Source: Eledone cirrhosa
Lineage: Eukaryota
DNA length: 64,000 bases
Assembly (NCBI GenBank): GCA_964016885.1
Contig: OZ024753.1
Coordinates: 19,964,001-20,028,000, forward strand
Reading direction: 5' to 3'
The translations under genes and the position numbers were made by a program. The stretch's first letter is position 1; every line of letters begins with the position of its first letter. Positions 14,861 through 30,080 of this stretch are shown here, one piece after another. Under the pieces are notes generated by a model, which did not search any database, was not told the DNA's origin, and saw only the letters and a program-made list of their open reading frames with translations.

Positions 14861-14919
14861 GATTTATGTATCGATCTATCTGGATCTTTCTCCTTCTCTC
14901 TAACTATCAATGCGTTTGT

Positions 14920-15975
14920 ATTTCTCTTTCTACATATCATTATCTCACCTTTCCTATATATCTTTATCTTACCTTTCCTATATATATTTATCTCACCATC
15001 CTATATATATTTATCTCACATTCCTATATATATTTATCTCACCTTTCTATATATCATTATCTCACCTTTCCTATATATATTTATCTAACCTTCCTATATA
15101 TATTTATCTCACCTTTCCTTTATCTCACCTTTCTAAATATCTTTATCTCACATTTTCTATATATATTTATTTCTCCCTTCCTATATATCTTTATCACACC
15201 TTTTCTATATATCTTTATCTCACCTTTCTATATATCATTATCTCACCTTTTCTATATATATTTATCTCACCTTTCCTATATATATTTATCTCACCTTTCT
15301 ATATATCATTATTTCACCCTCCCGCCGAGGTTGACTTTGCCTTTCATCCTTACGGGATCGATAAAATAAAGTACCAGTAATGAACTGGGTAATTGCTGGC
15401 CTTGTGCCTAAAGTAGAAACAATTATTTCACCCTTCCTAAGGGCGGTGGATTGGCAGTATCAGTAGAGAGTCGGACGCCATGCTTTCCAGCATAGTTACG
15501 TCCCTTTACGGTCTGAGTTAAAATCCCGCCGAGGTTAACTTTGCCTTTCATCCTTACGGGGTCGATACAATAAAGTACCAGTAACGTACTGGGTAATTGC
15601 TGGCCTTTTGCCAAAAATAGAAACAATTATTTCACCCTTCCTATATATCTTTATCTCACCTTTCCTATATATCTTTATCTCACCTTTCCTATATATCTTT
15701 ATCTCACCCTTACTATATATCTTTATCTCACCTTTCCTATATATCTTTATCTCACCTTTCCTATATATCTTTATCTCACCTTTCCTATATATCTTTATCT
15801 CACACTTCCTATATATCTTTATCTCACATTTCCTATATATCTTTATCTCACCTTTTCTATATATCTTTATCTCACCTTTTCTATATATATTTATCTCACC
15901 TTTCCTATATATATTTATCTCACCTTTATATATATCATTATCTCACCTTTCCTATATATATTTATCTCACCTTTA
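14920..15975. repeat. ~24-bp minisatellite (TTTATCTCACCTTTCCTATATATC), interrupted by SINEs at 15322-15629
   Basis: Tandem repetition; preceded by (TATC)n at 14750-14860. Confidence 0.9.
15441..15629 (+). mobile_element. Full-length tRNA-derived SINE (partial copies at 15322-15424 and 15981-16130)
   Basis: GGGCGGTGGATTGGCAGTATC...GTTAAAATCCC...core...GAAACAATT. Confidence 0.85.
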
Positions 15976-16172
15976 TATATGCTTTGATGCATAGAGTTAC
16001 AGCCCTTGCCATTCTGATTTCAAATCCCACCAAGGTTAACTTTGCCTTTCATCCTTACGGGGTCGATAAAATAAAGTACCAGTAATACACTGTGATAATT
16101 GCTGGTCTTGTGCCAAATGTAGAAACAATTATATTTAAAGGATAACAGCTATAAGGTAGAGCTATTTATCTG

Positions 16173-19100
16173 CTTCTGGTGAAGCTAGCACCATGATATA
16201 CCCGTCACCGGGTACTGTCCCTCTGTTGAAGCTAGCACCATGATATACCCGTCACCGGGTACTGTCCCTCTGTTGAAGCTAGCACCATGATATACCCGTC
16301 ACCGGGTACTGTCCCTCTGTTGAAGCTAGCACCATGATATACCCGTCACCGGGTACTGTCCCTCTGTTGAAGCTAGCACCATGATATACCTGTCACCGGG
16401 TACTGTCCCTCTGTTGAAGCTAGCACCATGATATACCCGTCACCGGGTACTGTCCCTCTGTTGAAGCTAGCACCATGATATACCTGTCACCGGGTACTGT
16501 CCCTCTGTTGAAGCTAGCACCATGATATACCTGTCACCGGGTACTGTCCCTCTGTTGAAGCTAGCACCATGATATACCTGTCACGGGGTACTGTCCTTCT
16601 GTTGAAGCTAGCACCATGATATACCCGTCACCAGGTAGTCCCTCTGTTGTAGCTAGCACCATGATATACCTGTCACGGGGTACTGTCCTTCTGTTGAATC
16701 TAGCATCATGATATACCCGTCACCAGGTAGTCCCGCTGGTGAAGCTAGCACCATGATATACCTGTCACGGGGTACTGTCCTTCTGTTGAAGCTAGCACCA
16801 TGATATACCCGTCACCAGGTAGTCCCTCTGTTGAAGCTAGCACCATGATATACCTGTCACGGGGTACTGTCCTTCTGTTGAAGCTAGCACCATGATATAC
16901 CCGTCACCAGGTAGTCCCTCTGTTGAAGCTAGCACCATGATATACCTGTCACGGGGTACTGTCCCTCTGTTGAAGCTAGCACCATGATATACCCGTCTCT
17001 GGGTACTGTCCCTCTGTTGAAGTTAGCACCATGATATACCTGTCACGGGGTACTGTCCTTCTGTTGAAGCTAACACCATGATATACCTGTCACGGGGTAC
17101 TGTCCTTCTGTTGAAGCTAGCAACATGATATACCTGTCACGGGGTACTGTCCCTCTGTTGAAGCTAGCACCATGATATACCTGTCACGGGGTACTGTCCT
17201 TCTGTTGAAGCTAGCACCATGATATACCCGTCACGGGGTACTGTCCTTCTGTTGAAGCTAGCACCATGATATACCCGTCACGGGGTACTGTCCTTCTGTT
17301 GAAGCTAGCACCATGATATACCTGTCACGGGGTACTGTCCCTCTGTTGAAGCTAGCACCACGATATACCCGTCACGGGGTACTGTCCCTCTGTTGAAGCT
17401 AGCACCATGATATACCCGTCACGGGGTACTGTCCTTCTGTTGAAGCTAGCACCATGATATACACGTCACGGGGTACTGTCCCTCTGTTGAAGCTAGCACC
17501 ATGATATACCCGTGGCGGGGTACTGTCCCTCTGTTGAAGCTAGCACCATGATATACCCGTCACGGGGTACTGTCCTTCTGTTGAAGCTAGCACCATGATA
17601 TACCCGTCACGGGGTACTGTCCCTCTGTTGAAGCTAGCACCATGATATACCCGTCTCTGGGTACTGTCCCTCTGTTGAAGCTAGCACCATGATATACCTG
17701 TCACGGGGTACTGTCCTTCTGTTGAAGCAAGCACCATGATATACATGTCACCGGGAACTGTCCCTCTGTTGAAGTTACCACCATGATATACCCGTCACGG
17801 GGTACTGTTCTTCTGTTGAAGGTAGCACCATGATATACCCGTCTCTGGGTACTGTCCCTCTGTTGAAGGTAGCACCATGATATACCCGTCTCCGGGTACT
17901 GTCCTTCTGTTGAAGCTAGCACCATGATATACCTGTCACCGGGTACTGTCCCTCTGGTGAAGCTAGCACCTTGATATACCCGTCTCTGAGTAGTGTCCCT
18001 CTGTTGAAGCTAGCACCATGATATACCTGTCACCGAGTACTATCCCTATGTTGAAGCTAGCACCATGATATACCCGTCACCGGGTACTGTCCTTCTGTTG
18101 AAGCTAGCACCATGATATACCTGTCACGGGGTACTGTACCTCTGTTGAAGCTAGCACCATGATACACCCGTCACCGGGTACTGTCCTTCTGTTGAAGCTA
18201 GCACCATGATATACCCGTCACCGGGTACTGTCCTTCTGTTGAAGCTAGCACCATGATATACCCGTCACGGGGTACTGTCCCTCTGTTGAAGCTAACACCA
18301 TGATATACCTGTCACGGGGTACTGTCCCTCTGTTGAAGCTAGCACCATGATATACCCGTCTCCGGGTACTGTCCTTCTGTTGAAGCTAGCACCATGATAT
18401 ACCTGTCACGGGGTACTGTCCTTCTGTTGAAGCTAGCACCATGATATACCCGTCACGGAGTACTGTCCTTCTATTGAAGCTTGCACCATGATATACCCGT
18501 CTCCGGGTAGTGTCCCTCTGTTGAAGCAAGCACCATGATATACCCGTCACGGGGTACTGTCCTTCTATTGAAGCTAGCACCATGATATACCCGTCTCCGG
18601 GTACTGTCCTTCTGTTGAAGCTAGCACCATGATACACCCGTCACCGGGTACTGTCCTTCTGTTGAAGCTAGCACCATGATAGACCTGTCACGGGGTACTG
18701 TCCTTCTGTTGAAGCTAGCACCATGATATACCCGTCACGGGGTACTGTCCTTCTGTTGAAGCTAGTACCATGATGTACACGTCACCGGGTACTGTCCTTC
18801 TGTTGAAGCTAGCAACATGATATACCCGTCACCGGGTACTGTCCTTCCGTTGAAACTAGCACCATGATATACCCGTCACCGAGTACTGTCCTTCTGTTGA
18901 AGCTAGCACCATGATATACCCGTCACCGGGTACTGTCTTTCCGTTGAAGCTAGCACCATGATATACCCGTCTCTGGGTACTGTCCCTCTGTTGAAGCTAG
19001 CACCATGATATACCCGTCACGGGGTACTGTCCCTCTGTTGAAGCTAGCACCATGATATACCTGTCACCGGGTACTGTCCCTCTGTTGAAGCTAGCACCAT

Positions 19101-19888
19101 GATATACCCGTCACGGGGTACTGTCCCTCTGTTGAAGCTAGCACCATGATATACCTGTCACGGGGAACTGTCCTTCTGTTGAAGCTAGCACCATGATATA
19201 CCCGTCTCCGAGTACTGTCCCTCTGTTGAAGCTAGCACCACGATATACCCGTCACGGGGTACTGTCCCTCTGTTGAAGCTAGCACCATGATATACCCGTC
19301 ACCGGGTACTGTCCCTCTTTTGAAGCTAGCACCATGATATAGCTGTCACGGGGTACTGTCCTTCTTTTGAAGCTAGCACCATGATATACCTGTCACGGGG
19401 TACTGTCCCTCTGTTGAAGCTAGCACCATGATATACCCGTCACCGGGTACTGTCCTTCTGTTGAAGCTAGCACCATGATATACCCGTCACGGGGTATTGT
19501 CCTTCTGTTGAAGCTAGCACCATGATATACCTGTCACGGGGTATTGTCCTTCTTTTGAAGCTAGCACCACGATATACCCGTCACGGGGTATTGTCCTTCT
19601 GTTGAAGCTAGCACCATGATATACCCGTCACGGGGTACTGTGCTTCTGTTGAAGCTAGCACCATGATATACCTGTCACGGGGTACTGTCCTTCTGTTGAA
19701 GCTAGCACCATGATATACCTGTCACGGGGTACTGTCCCTCTGTTGAAGCTAGCACCACGATATACCCGTCACGGGGTATTGTCCTTCTGTTGAAGCTAGC
19801 ACCATGATATACCTGTCACGGGGTACTGTCTTTCTGTTGAAGCTAGCACCATGATATACTCCCTCACCGAGTACTGTCCATCTGTTGA
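16173..19888. repeat. 47-bp tandem array, ~79 copies (GAAGCTAGCACCATGATATACCCGTCACCGGGTACTGTCCCTCTGTT)
   Basis: Period of 47 measured directly; no unique spacers; internal hairpin TACCCG-TCAC-CGGGTA. Confidence 0.98.
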
Positions 19889-19889
19889 T

Positions 19890-20300
19890 GGCGATCACGT
19901 TCTTTCAACTTCTCTCAACCAGTCCTCAAGTTGTTCAGCCAATAGAACAACCATTTTACAAAAGAATTAACTGCAAGTGACTGAGCATTCCAACGTCACG
20001 TGTACCCGTAACGTATTCTTCGAGAAGATTCTACGTGACACGATATGTGACAAAGATTGTCTTTTGAATCACTGATAGAGCAGCCATGTTTGTGACATTA
20101 CCGTGCAAGGGACACGTGTTACCTCGACGTGAACCTCAAGAAGATTCTTCGACTCTTTTGGATGTCTGGCACAACCTATTTTACAAGGTGTAGACGGTAG
20201 TAAAGTGAAATAAAGTGTCTTGCTTAAGCACATGACTCACCGCCAGTAATCGAGGTTGTAATGTTAAGATCGTCAGACAAACGCCTGAATTCCTAAGTCA
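19890..20300 (-). mobile_element. Old diverged SINE (CORE-like, cephalopod type)
   Basis: Reverse complement has CTTAAGCAAGACACTTTATTTCAC and GGGTACACGTG...GAATGCTCAGTCACTTGCA motifs that I recall from octopus SINEs. Confidence 0.5.
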
Positions 20301-20381
20301 CGTGATTTTACTTATGAAGACAGAGTTGATCTCAGCACTACACATTAACTCCTTTTTCTCCTTCTGCTCCTTATCCCCCGC

Positions 20382-20501
20382 TTCTTCTTCTTCTTCTTCT
20401 TCTTCTTCTTCTTCTTCTTCTTCTTCTTCTTCTTCTTCTTCTTCTTCTTCTTCTTCTTCTTCTTCTTCTTCTTCTTCTTCTTCTTCTTCTTCTTCTTCTT
20501 C
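20382..20501. repeat. (TTC)n microsatellite
   Basis: Read directly. Confidence 0.98.
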
Positions 20502-20808
20502 TTTCTTTCTTTCAAGCGACTGCCGGAGTCAACCAGTCGAGTGACCTGCTAGAAATGCAACCAAATGTCTTCAAATCATATTCGTACAGATGGAAGGACT
20601 CAATGTAATCGTTGATTATATCTTAATTGATGAGATAGTCACGGTTGAACATCTTTCAACAAAGATCTTCTCGATGATAGTGGATCTGGAATCAAACAGT
20701 AGCCACAATGACTACCTCATCAATTATACTGTACTACTGTCGTGAAATGTCGACATTTGCATCTAAAGATTTGATTGTCACACACAGCACCTTTACCCTT
20801 TCTTACAG

Positions 20809-20991
20809 TTGTTCAACTCCTGCAGTCTACACAACTATCTCAATAAACATACTCCACTGAGGAGATCTAAGAAGGAAATATATCCGTTTAATATAACTTG
20901 GATTATAGTCAAGATCCACCCCAAATACATTATCTGTAGGATAAGAACATTGAGTTCTTTCCTTCCTAAAGCCTATTTCAGTCATAAAATT
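20809..20991 (+). CDS. Candidate internal host exon (LFNSCSLHNY...AYFSHKI)
   Basis: Acceptor CCTTTACCCTTTCTTACAG, 183 nt open, strong donor GTGAGT, phase 0/0. Confidence 0.55.
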
Positions 20992-21988
20992 GTGAGTGTT
21001 GTCTTAGCTGATTGATATTTCTTTTCCCACCTTATATTCTGACTGTGACACTCTATATGTATGCACGTTATGCAGAAAGGCTCACCACCATCACTTCTCA
21101 ACTCTATCCTATATTTACAGATATATGTTTAGTCCATTGGGGAGATATTTATCTATCTTAGCTATGCCTACCACCCGTTATTGGTGATAAAATACAAAGT
21201 AACCCCTCTCGGTTGCTTATGTAATACTACCTCACCTATGAAATCTCTCATCATTAATGTAAAAGGCTGTTGTTACCAGCTATGTTTGAAAGTAATAACT
21301 TCACACGCAAATATTTAAATATTTATTTATTACGTCTTATATATAATATTTATACGTAATGACATTCCTAGATATATAACCTTATATCGATGCCAAGAGC
21401 AAATGGCAAACATCATTCAACAGAAGTTAACAACAAAAAAACAAGAAAAAACACCAATAAAACTTGAAGATTCATAAATCATCATAAACAAGTGATTTAT
21501 CATGTGTTCCCACTCGGCTAGTATAGTAAATAGATAACAGTCTCTCTGGGGTTGAGTTTATCTTGTAAATTGACTGAGGCAGATAAACATGGAGATGTTT
21601 TGATATGCAGCAATATGATTTAGATAAATAATGTTTAATCATTGAAGTATCCGGAACTGATGAGATTTTCAGTAATTGCAAAACATCGGACTTTTGTTTT
21701 GCTTGTCTGTTTTTAAAAGATAGACATACATGCGTACTTTTATATATATTGTATGTATATATATATATATAAATATATTTCGTTTCTGAATTTGTCTAGC
21801 AAGATTCTTTATCTGAAAACGTCTGTTGAAACCGATATTGTTATACTTTGGGAGGGTCATGTTGCCAATAAGAAACACACGCACCTGTTGTTTTCACTTC
21901 AATTTATTATAATAAATTTATAAATTGAGGAATTTATAAATTTCCGGTTGGTTGGTTGGTTCCACAACCGGATGGTTGTTTATATATT

Positions 21989-22031
21989 GTCAAAGTTCTT
22001 TCGTCACACATTCTGTGACCTCTTCAGTAAC
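21989..22031 (-). ncRNA. Type I hammerhead, family D, inverted just upstream of a PLE ORF
   Basis: Reverse complement reads GTTA-CTGAAGA-G-GTCAC(AGAATGT)GTGAC-GAAA-GAAC-TT-TGAC. Confidence 0.8.
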
Positions 22032-22059
22032 TGGGCATTCTTTTCTTTGTTTTTGTGCC

Positions 22060-23511
22060 TCTAGCAACCTGTGCCCTACAAGACCAGCAAGAGGCAGACC
22101 ACCTCAATGGCCAAGAAGACCGACATAGATAGATGGAACGGGTGGATCAGAGCCATACGGACACCCGAAAACCACGATGAACTAAAGAAAATGATTGCAC
22201 ATGCGGTGGGGGCCAGCATAAAATTAACTCTTAAGGAACATATGTTCAAATTTAATGGAAAAACATGCCCAAGAGGAAGGAGCAGCCATTGGTGTTAGCA
22301 TTGCAGGCGACATAGTTAACTTATTCATGGTATGGTGGGACAGTAGACTTAAAAACTTAAACTTAAATAACAATTAGAAGACCCCTTAAACCTGATAATG
22401 TACTCCCGCTACGTTGATGATATAAACATCGTAGTTAAAACACCCCCACTAGAGAACAGTCAGGAACTAGAGAAAAACACAATGGAGAGCATCCAGCAAA
22501 TAGCTAACTCCATCCACCAGAGTATTAGAGTTACTATAGTCTACCCAAGTAAACACCCCAACCATCGATTACCTGTACTAGACACAGAGTTCTGGTTAGA
22601 TACCATTAATAACAAAAAACAAATCCTCCATTCCCATTATGCCAAACCCATGACTTCCAAATATCTGATCTACCGAAAGTCAGCTGTTTCGGACCATACC
22701 AAAATCAACATACTGATTGCGGATTTGGTACGGGTGATGAGAAACGTGTCCCGCATGTGCAACCCCGAAGAACTAGAGAGACACATACAACACTTCATCC
22801 ACCGTATGCAGTTCTCTGGTGACAATCAGAGAGATACAATCAGAGTGTATAGAGGAGCCAGAACCAAATGGGAAAAAATGATAAATAATGACACAAATGG
22901 GACCTGCCCCTTGTATAGGAGCAAATTTTGGAATAGAATAGAAGGAACTAGGAATAGGGTTAATAGAATAAACTCATGGTATGATAGCAATAAATACCAG
23001 AGTGTAATGTTCATCGATACATCCCCTAGAGGTGAATTAGCTTACAAATTTAGAAGGGCCCTAGATAAACATAAACTCAATATTAAGATAGTAGAAAGAC
23101 CAGGTACCTCCGTAAAAACAATTATTAGCAAGACATACCCTTTTCAAAGACCCCCTGTATAGATAAGAAATGTATAACCTGTAAATTAAGACCCCATATT
23201 AACTGTAAAACTAGAAATGTAGTATATATAGCATATGTACTGAAGGACAATGTAGAGACAAAAATATAGTGTACATAGGTGAGACAGCTCGTAGTGTAGG
23301 GGAGCGGATAAATGAACACTGGCGAGACCTTCAAGATAGTAAAGAATCATCTGTACTCTACCAACATGGTAAAATAGAACATAAGGGTAAATTAGAGAAC
23401 ATAGAAATAAAAATAGAATCTACACACAGAAAAGACGCAATGTTTAGACAAATCACAGAGGCAATAAACATAAAAGAATTACAACCAAAATTAAATAGAA
23501 AACATGAGTAG
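22060..23511 (+). pseudogene. Penelope-like element RT + GIY-YIG endonuclease, frameshifted, 5' truncated (Neptune/Nematis-like Cys linker)
   Basis: YSRYVDD, LPVLD, HYAKPM, YIGETARSVGERINEH and EAINI..LN motifs across ORFs 22071, 22398 and 23269. Confidence 0.92.
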
Positions 23512-23661
23512 AACAGCAACATCACAGCTTACAATTTTTCCCCCCAAAAAAATTGTTTGCCTTGCCCTTCACATACCAAAATGTATGTGTATGTATGTGT
23601 ATGTGTATATATATGTATATGTGTGTATATGTGTATATATATGGATAGACCAGGATTTTTT

Positions 23662-23715
23662 CATTCTGATGACTGAAGGCAAACTTTTTTGCTTTTAAGA
23701 AACCACTGGTAAATG
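23662..23715 (+). ncRNA. Type I hammerhead, family H (copies 24624-24677 minus, 25538-25591 plus, degenerate 27562-27615 plus)
   Basis: CATT-CTGATGA-CTGAAGGCAAA...TTTGCTTTTAA-GAAA-CCACTGG-TA-AATG. Confidence 0.85.
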
Positions 23716-23814
23716 GAATAATTGCCTTATGTTGTTTATTACATGACTATGTATATATATATATATGTATATTTTAGAGTTAAATAAGGTTCATATGACT
23801 TATCTAAGATTGAG

Positions 23815-24595
<781 letters not shown>

Positions 24596-24799
24596 TGTAA
24601 TAAACAACATAAGGCAATTATTCCATTTACCAGTGGCTTCTTAAAAGCAAAACATGTTGCTTTCAATCATCAGAATGAAAAAATCCTGGTCTATTTATTG
24701 ATATTGGATTCTAAAAACAAAAATGCAATCCATATGAAAGTGAGGCTGGAGAAGGAAGAAGGAAAGGAAAAATAAAATTAAAAAATTAAAAACACACAT

Positions 24800-24842
<43 letters not shown>

Positions 24843-25700
24843 TATATACATACACACATATATATATATATATATATATACATACACTCATACATACACA
24901 CACACATATACACATATATATGTGTGTATATATAAACACACACATACACATACATATACACATACATACATACATACACACATAAGTATCAACATATCCA
25001 TGCATACACATACATATATACAACCACACACACATATATACACATATATATATATAGAAATAGAAATATATATATATATATATTCGTACAAATACACATA
25101 CATAAATGTATACATATGCATGCACAAAATTAAAAAAATAAACACACACCTCTACATATTCACACACGCAAATAAATATAAGAAAAATTATATATAAAAT
25201 AATAAACGAAAATAAAGATGTTGTCCTCATCTGAAATCACATCTGATCTGTAACTGGATTGACATTCCTGTGATAACTCAACCGCCTTGAACTCCCTCTC
25301 TGTTCTTTACTTCTACTACGTTTTTTTACCTGCTGAATCCACGTTCTGTACTCTTGTATTCTCTTTCTCCCTTATCTCCCCTTATATTTAACCTTTTCCT
25401 ATGTCTTTCCCCCCCCCCCAAAAAAAAATGTTTTGCCTTGCCCTTCACATACCAAAATGTATGTGTATGTATGTGTATGTGTATATATATGTATATGTGT
25501 GTATATGTGTATATATATGGATAGACCAGGATTTTGTCATTCTGATGATTGAAGGCATTTCTTTTTGCTTTTAAGAAACCACTGGTAAATGGAATAATTG
25601 CCTTATGTTGTTTATTACATGACTATGTATATATATATATATATATATGTATATTTTAGAGTTAAATAAGGTTCATATGACTTATCTAAGATTGAGTTTT

Positions 25701-25798
<98 letters not shown>

Positions 25799-26441
25799 AT
25801 GTGACGTAAAATAAGAAAATTTTAAAAATTAAAAATTAACTTACTAAAATTTTCACTTCAACTAATTAGTTTCTGTAATGGGATAAAGACAGTTACGTAA
25901 TGTAACTGTCGAGAATTCATTACGTCATATGGGAGTCTATTCTCAGCTAAGTCTCCAGGCAATGCGCGGACACTAGGGACTCATATAAAAATAATAATAA
26001 TTCTGTGGATGGAACAGCTAGCGAGGACTAAATTCCAAAGCACTGAAAAAGTTCGCTGTCTCTGGTCAAATGGCAGATTCTAAAGAATCAATCACGTGAC
26101 ACTGAGGCTAGTCGCAAGGAGTGGGGGTAGTAAAATGACAAAAGCCTACTACCACCACAATAAGTTAGTAGTGGATTTGGCAGGTTTGCTCAACAAATAA
26201 ATAATTTGGAGATAAATATAGAGAATTAGTATATTTTCCAACACATGCGCACAGATGTACACTAATGCTAGCAAATACATAAGTTATGTCATAGTACCTA
26301 GGTGGTTCAATGCAGGAGGATGCAGAACAATTATATGAAAGACGTAAAATAAGAAAATTTTAAAAATTAAAAATTAACTTACTAAAATTTTCACTCCAAC
26401 TAATTAGTTTCTGTAATGGGATAAAGACAGTTATGTAATGT

Positions 26442-26632
<191 letters not shown>

Positions 26633-26665
26633 TTGTATGTGTATAATTGTATGGCTATGTATGTA

Positions 26666-26696
<31 letters not shown>

Positions 26697-27336
26697 GTAT
26701 GTGTATATATATATATGTATGTATTTGAGTGTGTATATTGTATATGTGTGTGTGTGTGTGTTTGTGTATGTATTTGTGTATGCGTATGTATGTGTTTATG
26801 TATTTGTATATGTATATTTATGTGTGAGACTGTGTTTATGTTTTTATTTTTACGTTTGCATGTGTACGTGCATTCGTGTGTATTGCTTACCACGTGTGTT
26901 TGTTCATTTCTTTGTTGCCTGTATCGGTGTCAACTTATAACAGTCTTTATTTTCGTTTATTATTTTATATATATTTTTCTTATATTTATTTGCGTGTGTG
27001 AATATGTAGAGGTGTGTGTATATTTTTCTAATTTTGTGCATGCATATGTATACATTTATGCATGTGTATTTACGTGTGTATATAGGTATGATTGTGTGTA
27101 TGTATGTATATGTATGTGTGTATGGCTATGTATGTGTACGCATATATATATATATATATATATATTTCTATTTCTATATATATATGTGTGTATATATGTG
27201 TGTGTGGTTGTATATATGTATGTGTATGTATGGATATGTTGATACTTATGTGTGTATGTATGTGTATATGTATGTGTATGTGTGTGTTTATATATACACA
27301 CATATATATGTGTATATGTGTGTGTATGTATGACTG

Positions 27337-27409
<73 letters not shown>

Positions 27410-27790
27410 ATGTATATAATTGTGTGTGTGTGTGTGTGTTTGCATGTGTGTTTTTATTTTTATTTTTTTTCCTTTCCTTCTTCCTTCTCCAGCCTCACTT
27501 TCATATAGATTGCATTTTTGGTTTTAGAATCCAATATCAATAAATAGACCAGGATTGTTTTCATTCTCATAATTGAAAGCAACGTGTTTTGCTTTTAAGA
27601 AACCACTGGTAAATGGAATAATTGCCTTATGTTGCCTTATGTTGTTTATTACATAACTATTAAGCTCTGTTCCCTACATAGAGCACTCCTTTTTCCTGGA
27701 CATTTCCGACGGAATTACGTCTTTCATGTATATATGCACACTTATTTCAATCCAATGTTCTTATCACCTCCTCTCCCACTACTGTTACAG

Positions 27791-27833
27791 AACAGAGATA
27801 TATTTGATATAAACTTTAAGATGAACTGGGATG
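27791..27833 (+). CDS. Candidate host exon (NRDIFDINFKMNWD)
   Basis: Strong pyrimidine tract + CAG, 43 nt, donor GTTTGA, phase 0/1. Confidence 0.45.
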
Positions 27834-28687
27834 GTTTGAGGGAAGTTTGGCTGCCATGTCTACCAGTTTGAACGGTTATATCTGAATATTTTCCCCTCAC
27901 CACGGAATGTACATGAACTCTTTTGCTGAACTATACTCCTGTAACATGGAGACTTGGAATCTGACGTTAGAAGGCTCACGGCTCTGTTAAAGATGCAGCA
28001 AAGAAATCAATATTTATATAAGAGAATAGAATGGAAATGAAAACTGCTGATGTTTCTGTTTCTCTTACTACTGCTGCTTCTCTTGATATCTAGATTATAT
28101 CATTAAATCACTATATTATGTTGCATTTCTTCATATTTTATTTCGTTTTTTTTTTGCTGTTTTTTGGCGACAGTAGCCATCACTCCTTTATAATGGTCCT
28201 TTTTATAGAGTTGCATCTAATGTAAACTTTAATCTCACACTTGCAATTAAGAAAACTAAAACGGAATAATTTTCATTCACCTGATCTGTGCTTTAGCACG
28301 GGTGACGAGTCCCAGCCATCGATATGTAGGCATGCATACATGGTCACCTAATTTCTGAGGGATTGGTGGTAGTGCTGTATTGACATACAGCGTTTTTAGG
28401 GCATTTTAAAATTTGGTGGAGCCCATCTACTCTCCAGATCTGAATACAGCAGATTTCTTCCAGAGAAGGATAGAGGGAGTGAGAGAATGGAAATGAGAAA
28501 GAGATATCAAGGAAGAATCGACCCCAGTACAAGACTGGTACTTTTTCTATCGATCTCAAATGGATAGAAGGCAGAGTTGACCTCGGCGCGATTTGAACTC
28601 GGATACCAGAAACCCGGATCGAATCTTGCAAAGCATTCAATCCGTTCTCTAACGATCCTGTCTCTTTGCCGCCTCATACAATGAAAT

Positions 28688-28875
28688 AATTATTTCTATT
28701 TTGGGCACAAGGCCAGCAATTATCCCAGTGTATTACTGGTACTTTATTTTATAGACACCGTAAGGATAAAAGGCAAAGTTAACCTCAGCGGGATTTGAAA
28801 TCAGACCATAAAGGGCCATAACTCTATGTTGCTAAGCATGGCGTCCGACCCTCTAGCGATACTGCCAATCCACCA
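28688..28875 (-). mobile_element. tRNA-derived SINE
   Basis: Same family as 746-930. Confidence 0.85.
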
Positions 28876-28933
28876 ATATATAATGAAATAATACTTATAA
28901 ATAACGATTTTTAGTATAAGTACATTACTACAG

Positions 28934-28985
28934 ATATGTCAAACCATCTTGTCACCGGGGACCACATGGCAGACGACAAATTATG
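28934..28985 (+). CDS. Candidate host exon (D-MSNHLVTGDHMADDKL-W)
   Basis: CAG acceptor, 52 nt, donor GTAGGA; phase 1/2 matches both neighbouring exons. Confidence 0.45.
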
Positions 28986-29521
28986 GTAGGAGTAGGGTGG
29001 CAGTTTTCTGACGAATAGTTAAAAATGCTCACACACATACATACACACAACTATATATGAAATATTGTAAACGCTTCCTTAAAGTGAATTTATATTACAA
29101 GAATAGTTTTTTTTATATTTGTCCTCTGTATGAAGTACATTTAGGCACAAGACCAGCAAATGTCAATGTAGTAGTTTATAGTTAATTATATCAACCCCAG
29201 TATTTCACTGGGATTATTTTATCGACAAGTGAAGGATTAAATGCAACGTTGACCTCATCGGGATGCGAAATCAGAATGTAAAGAGCCAGAGCAAATGACA
29301 TGTTCTCAGTTGCTCTACCAATTCTTCCAATCCACCACCTAACACATTACTGCACATACCGTCATAAATCCACCTCATAATTGTATAAGCCTCTGATGTC
29401 ACATGGAAACTGTCATTACATAACCATGTCATTCAAATATATAAATATTGTAAAGTAACCGTGTCTTAACATTGTTTCATATATGGAAACTCCATCTTGT
29501 ATGTATATATGTATGTGTGTG

Positions 29522-29651
<130 letters not shown>

Positions 29652-29714
29652 CAATAAGCATCAGTTTCCTAGTAAGCCAACGAGATGAACCGTGAATGTA
29701 TTTGTTATTTATAG

Positions 29715-29817
29715 GAATAACTTGGAAATTCGAACTCAAGGAAGAGCTGTAAAAACAGTCAAATGCCCTCTTGACCATATATGGCGAACAATGAAACCTG
29801 TGGTCCGAAAACATTAA
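29715..29817 (+). CDS. Candidate terminal coding exon (NNLEIRTQGRAVKTVKCPLDHIWRTMKPVVRKH*)
   Basis: Acceptor TTTGTTATTTATAG, phase 2 start, TAA at 29815-29817. Confidence 0.5.
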
Positions 29818-30080
29818 CCCACTTCAGAGCACATGCATGATAGTGTAAAAGGGTTTAGCCCCACCCTATGTCTTCGTAACTTTGTATCCTTATCACTCTA
29901 ACTTACTCTATTTTATTGTCATTTGAATTATTCTTGCTCTATTTTATTTTCTTAAACGTAAATCCCATTTTTAAATTGAACATATCTATCCTGAATTCTA
30001 CGGCATACTGGAAAGACTAACACAAACAATGTTAAGCTGAAGATGTGTGAAAAATATTTAAGTACTGCATTTAACTGAAT

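Noticed and set aside
15441-15530. tRNA gene
   Set aside because: The A/B boxes belong to the SINE head; no cloverleaf forms.
14866-15994. 128-167 aa hydrophobic ORFs
   Set aside because: They are translations of the ~24-bp minisatellite.
16173-19888. CRISPR-like array
   Set aside because: Units are contiguous with no unique spacers, there are no cas genes, and the context is eukaryotic.
27901-27983. Possible minus-strand exon (good AG/GT, open frames)
   Set aside because: No phase-compatible partner was found; the nearby 30730-30827 candidate gives a stop when joined.
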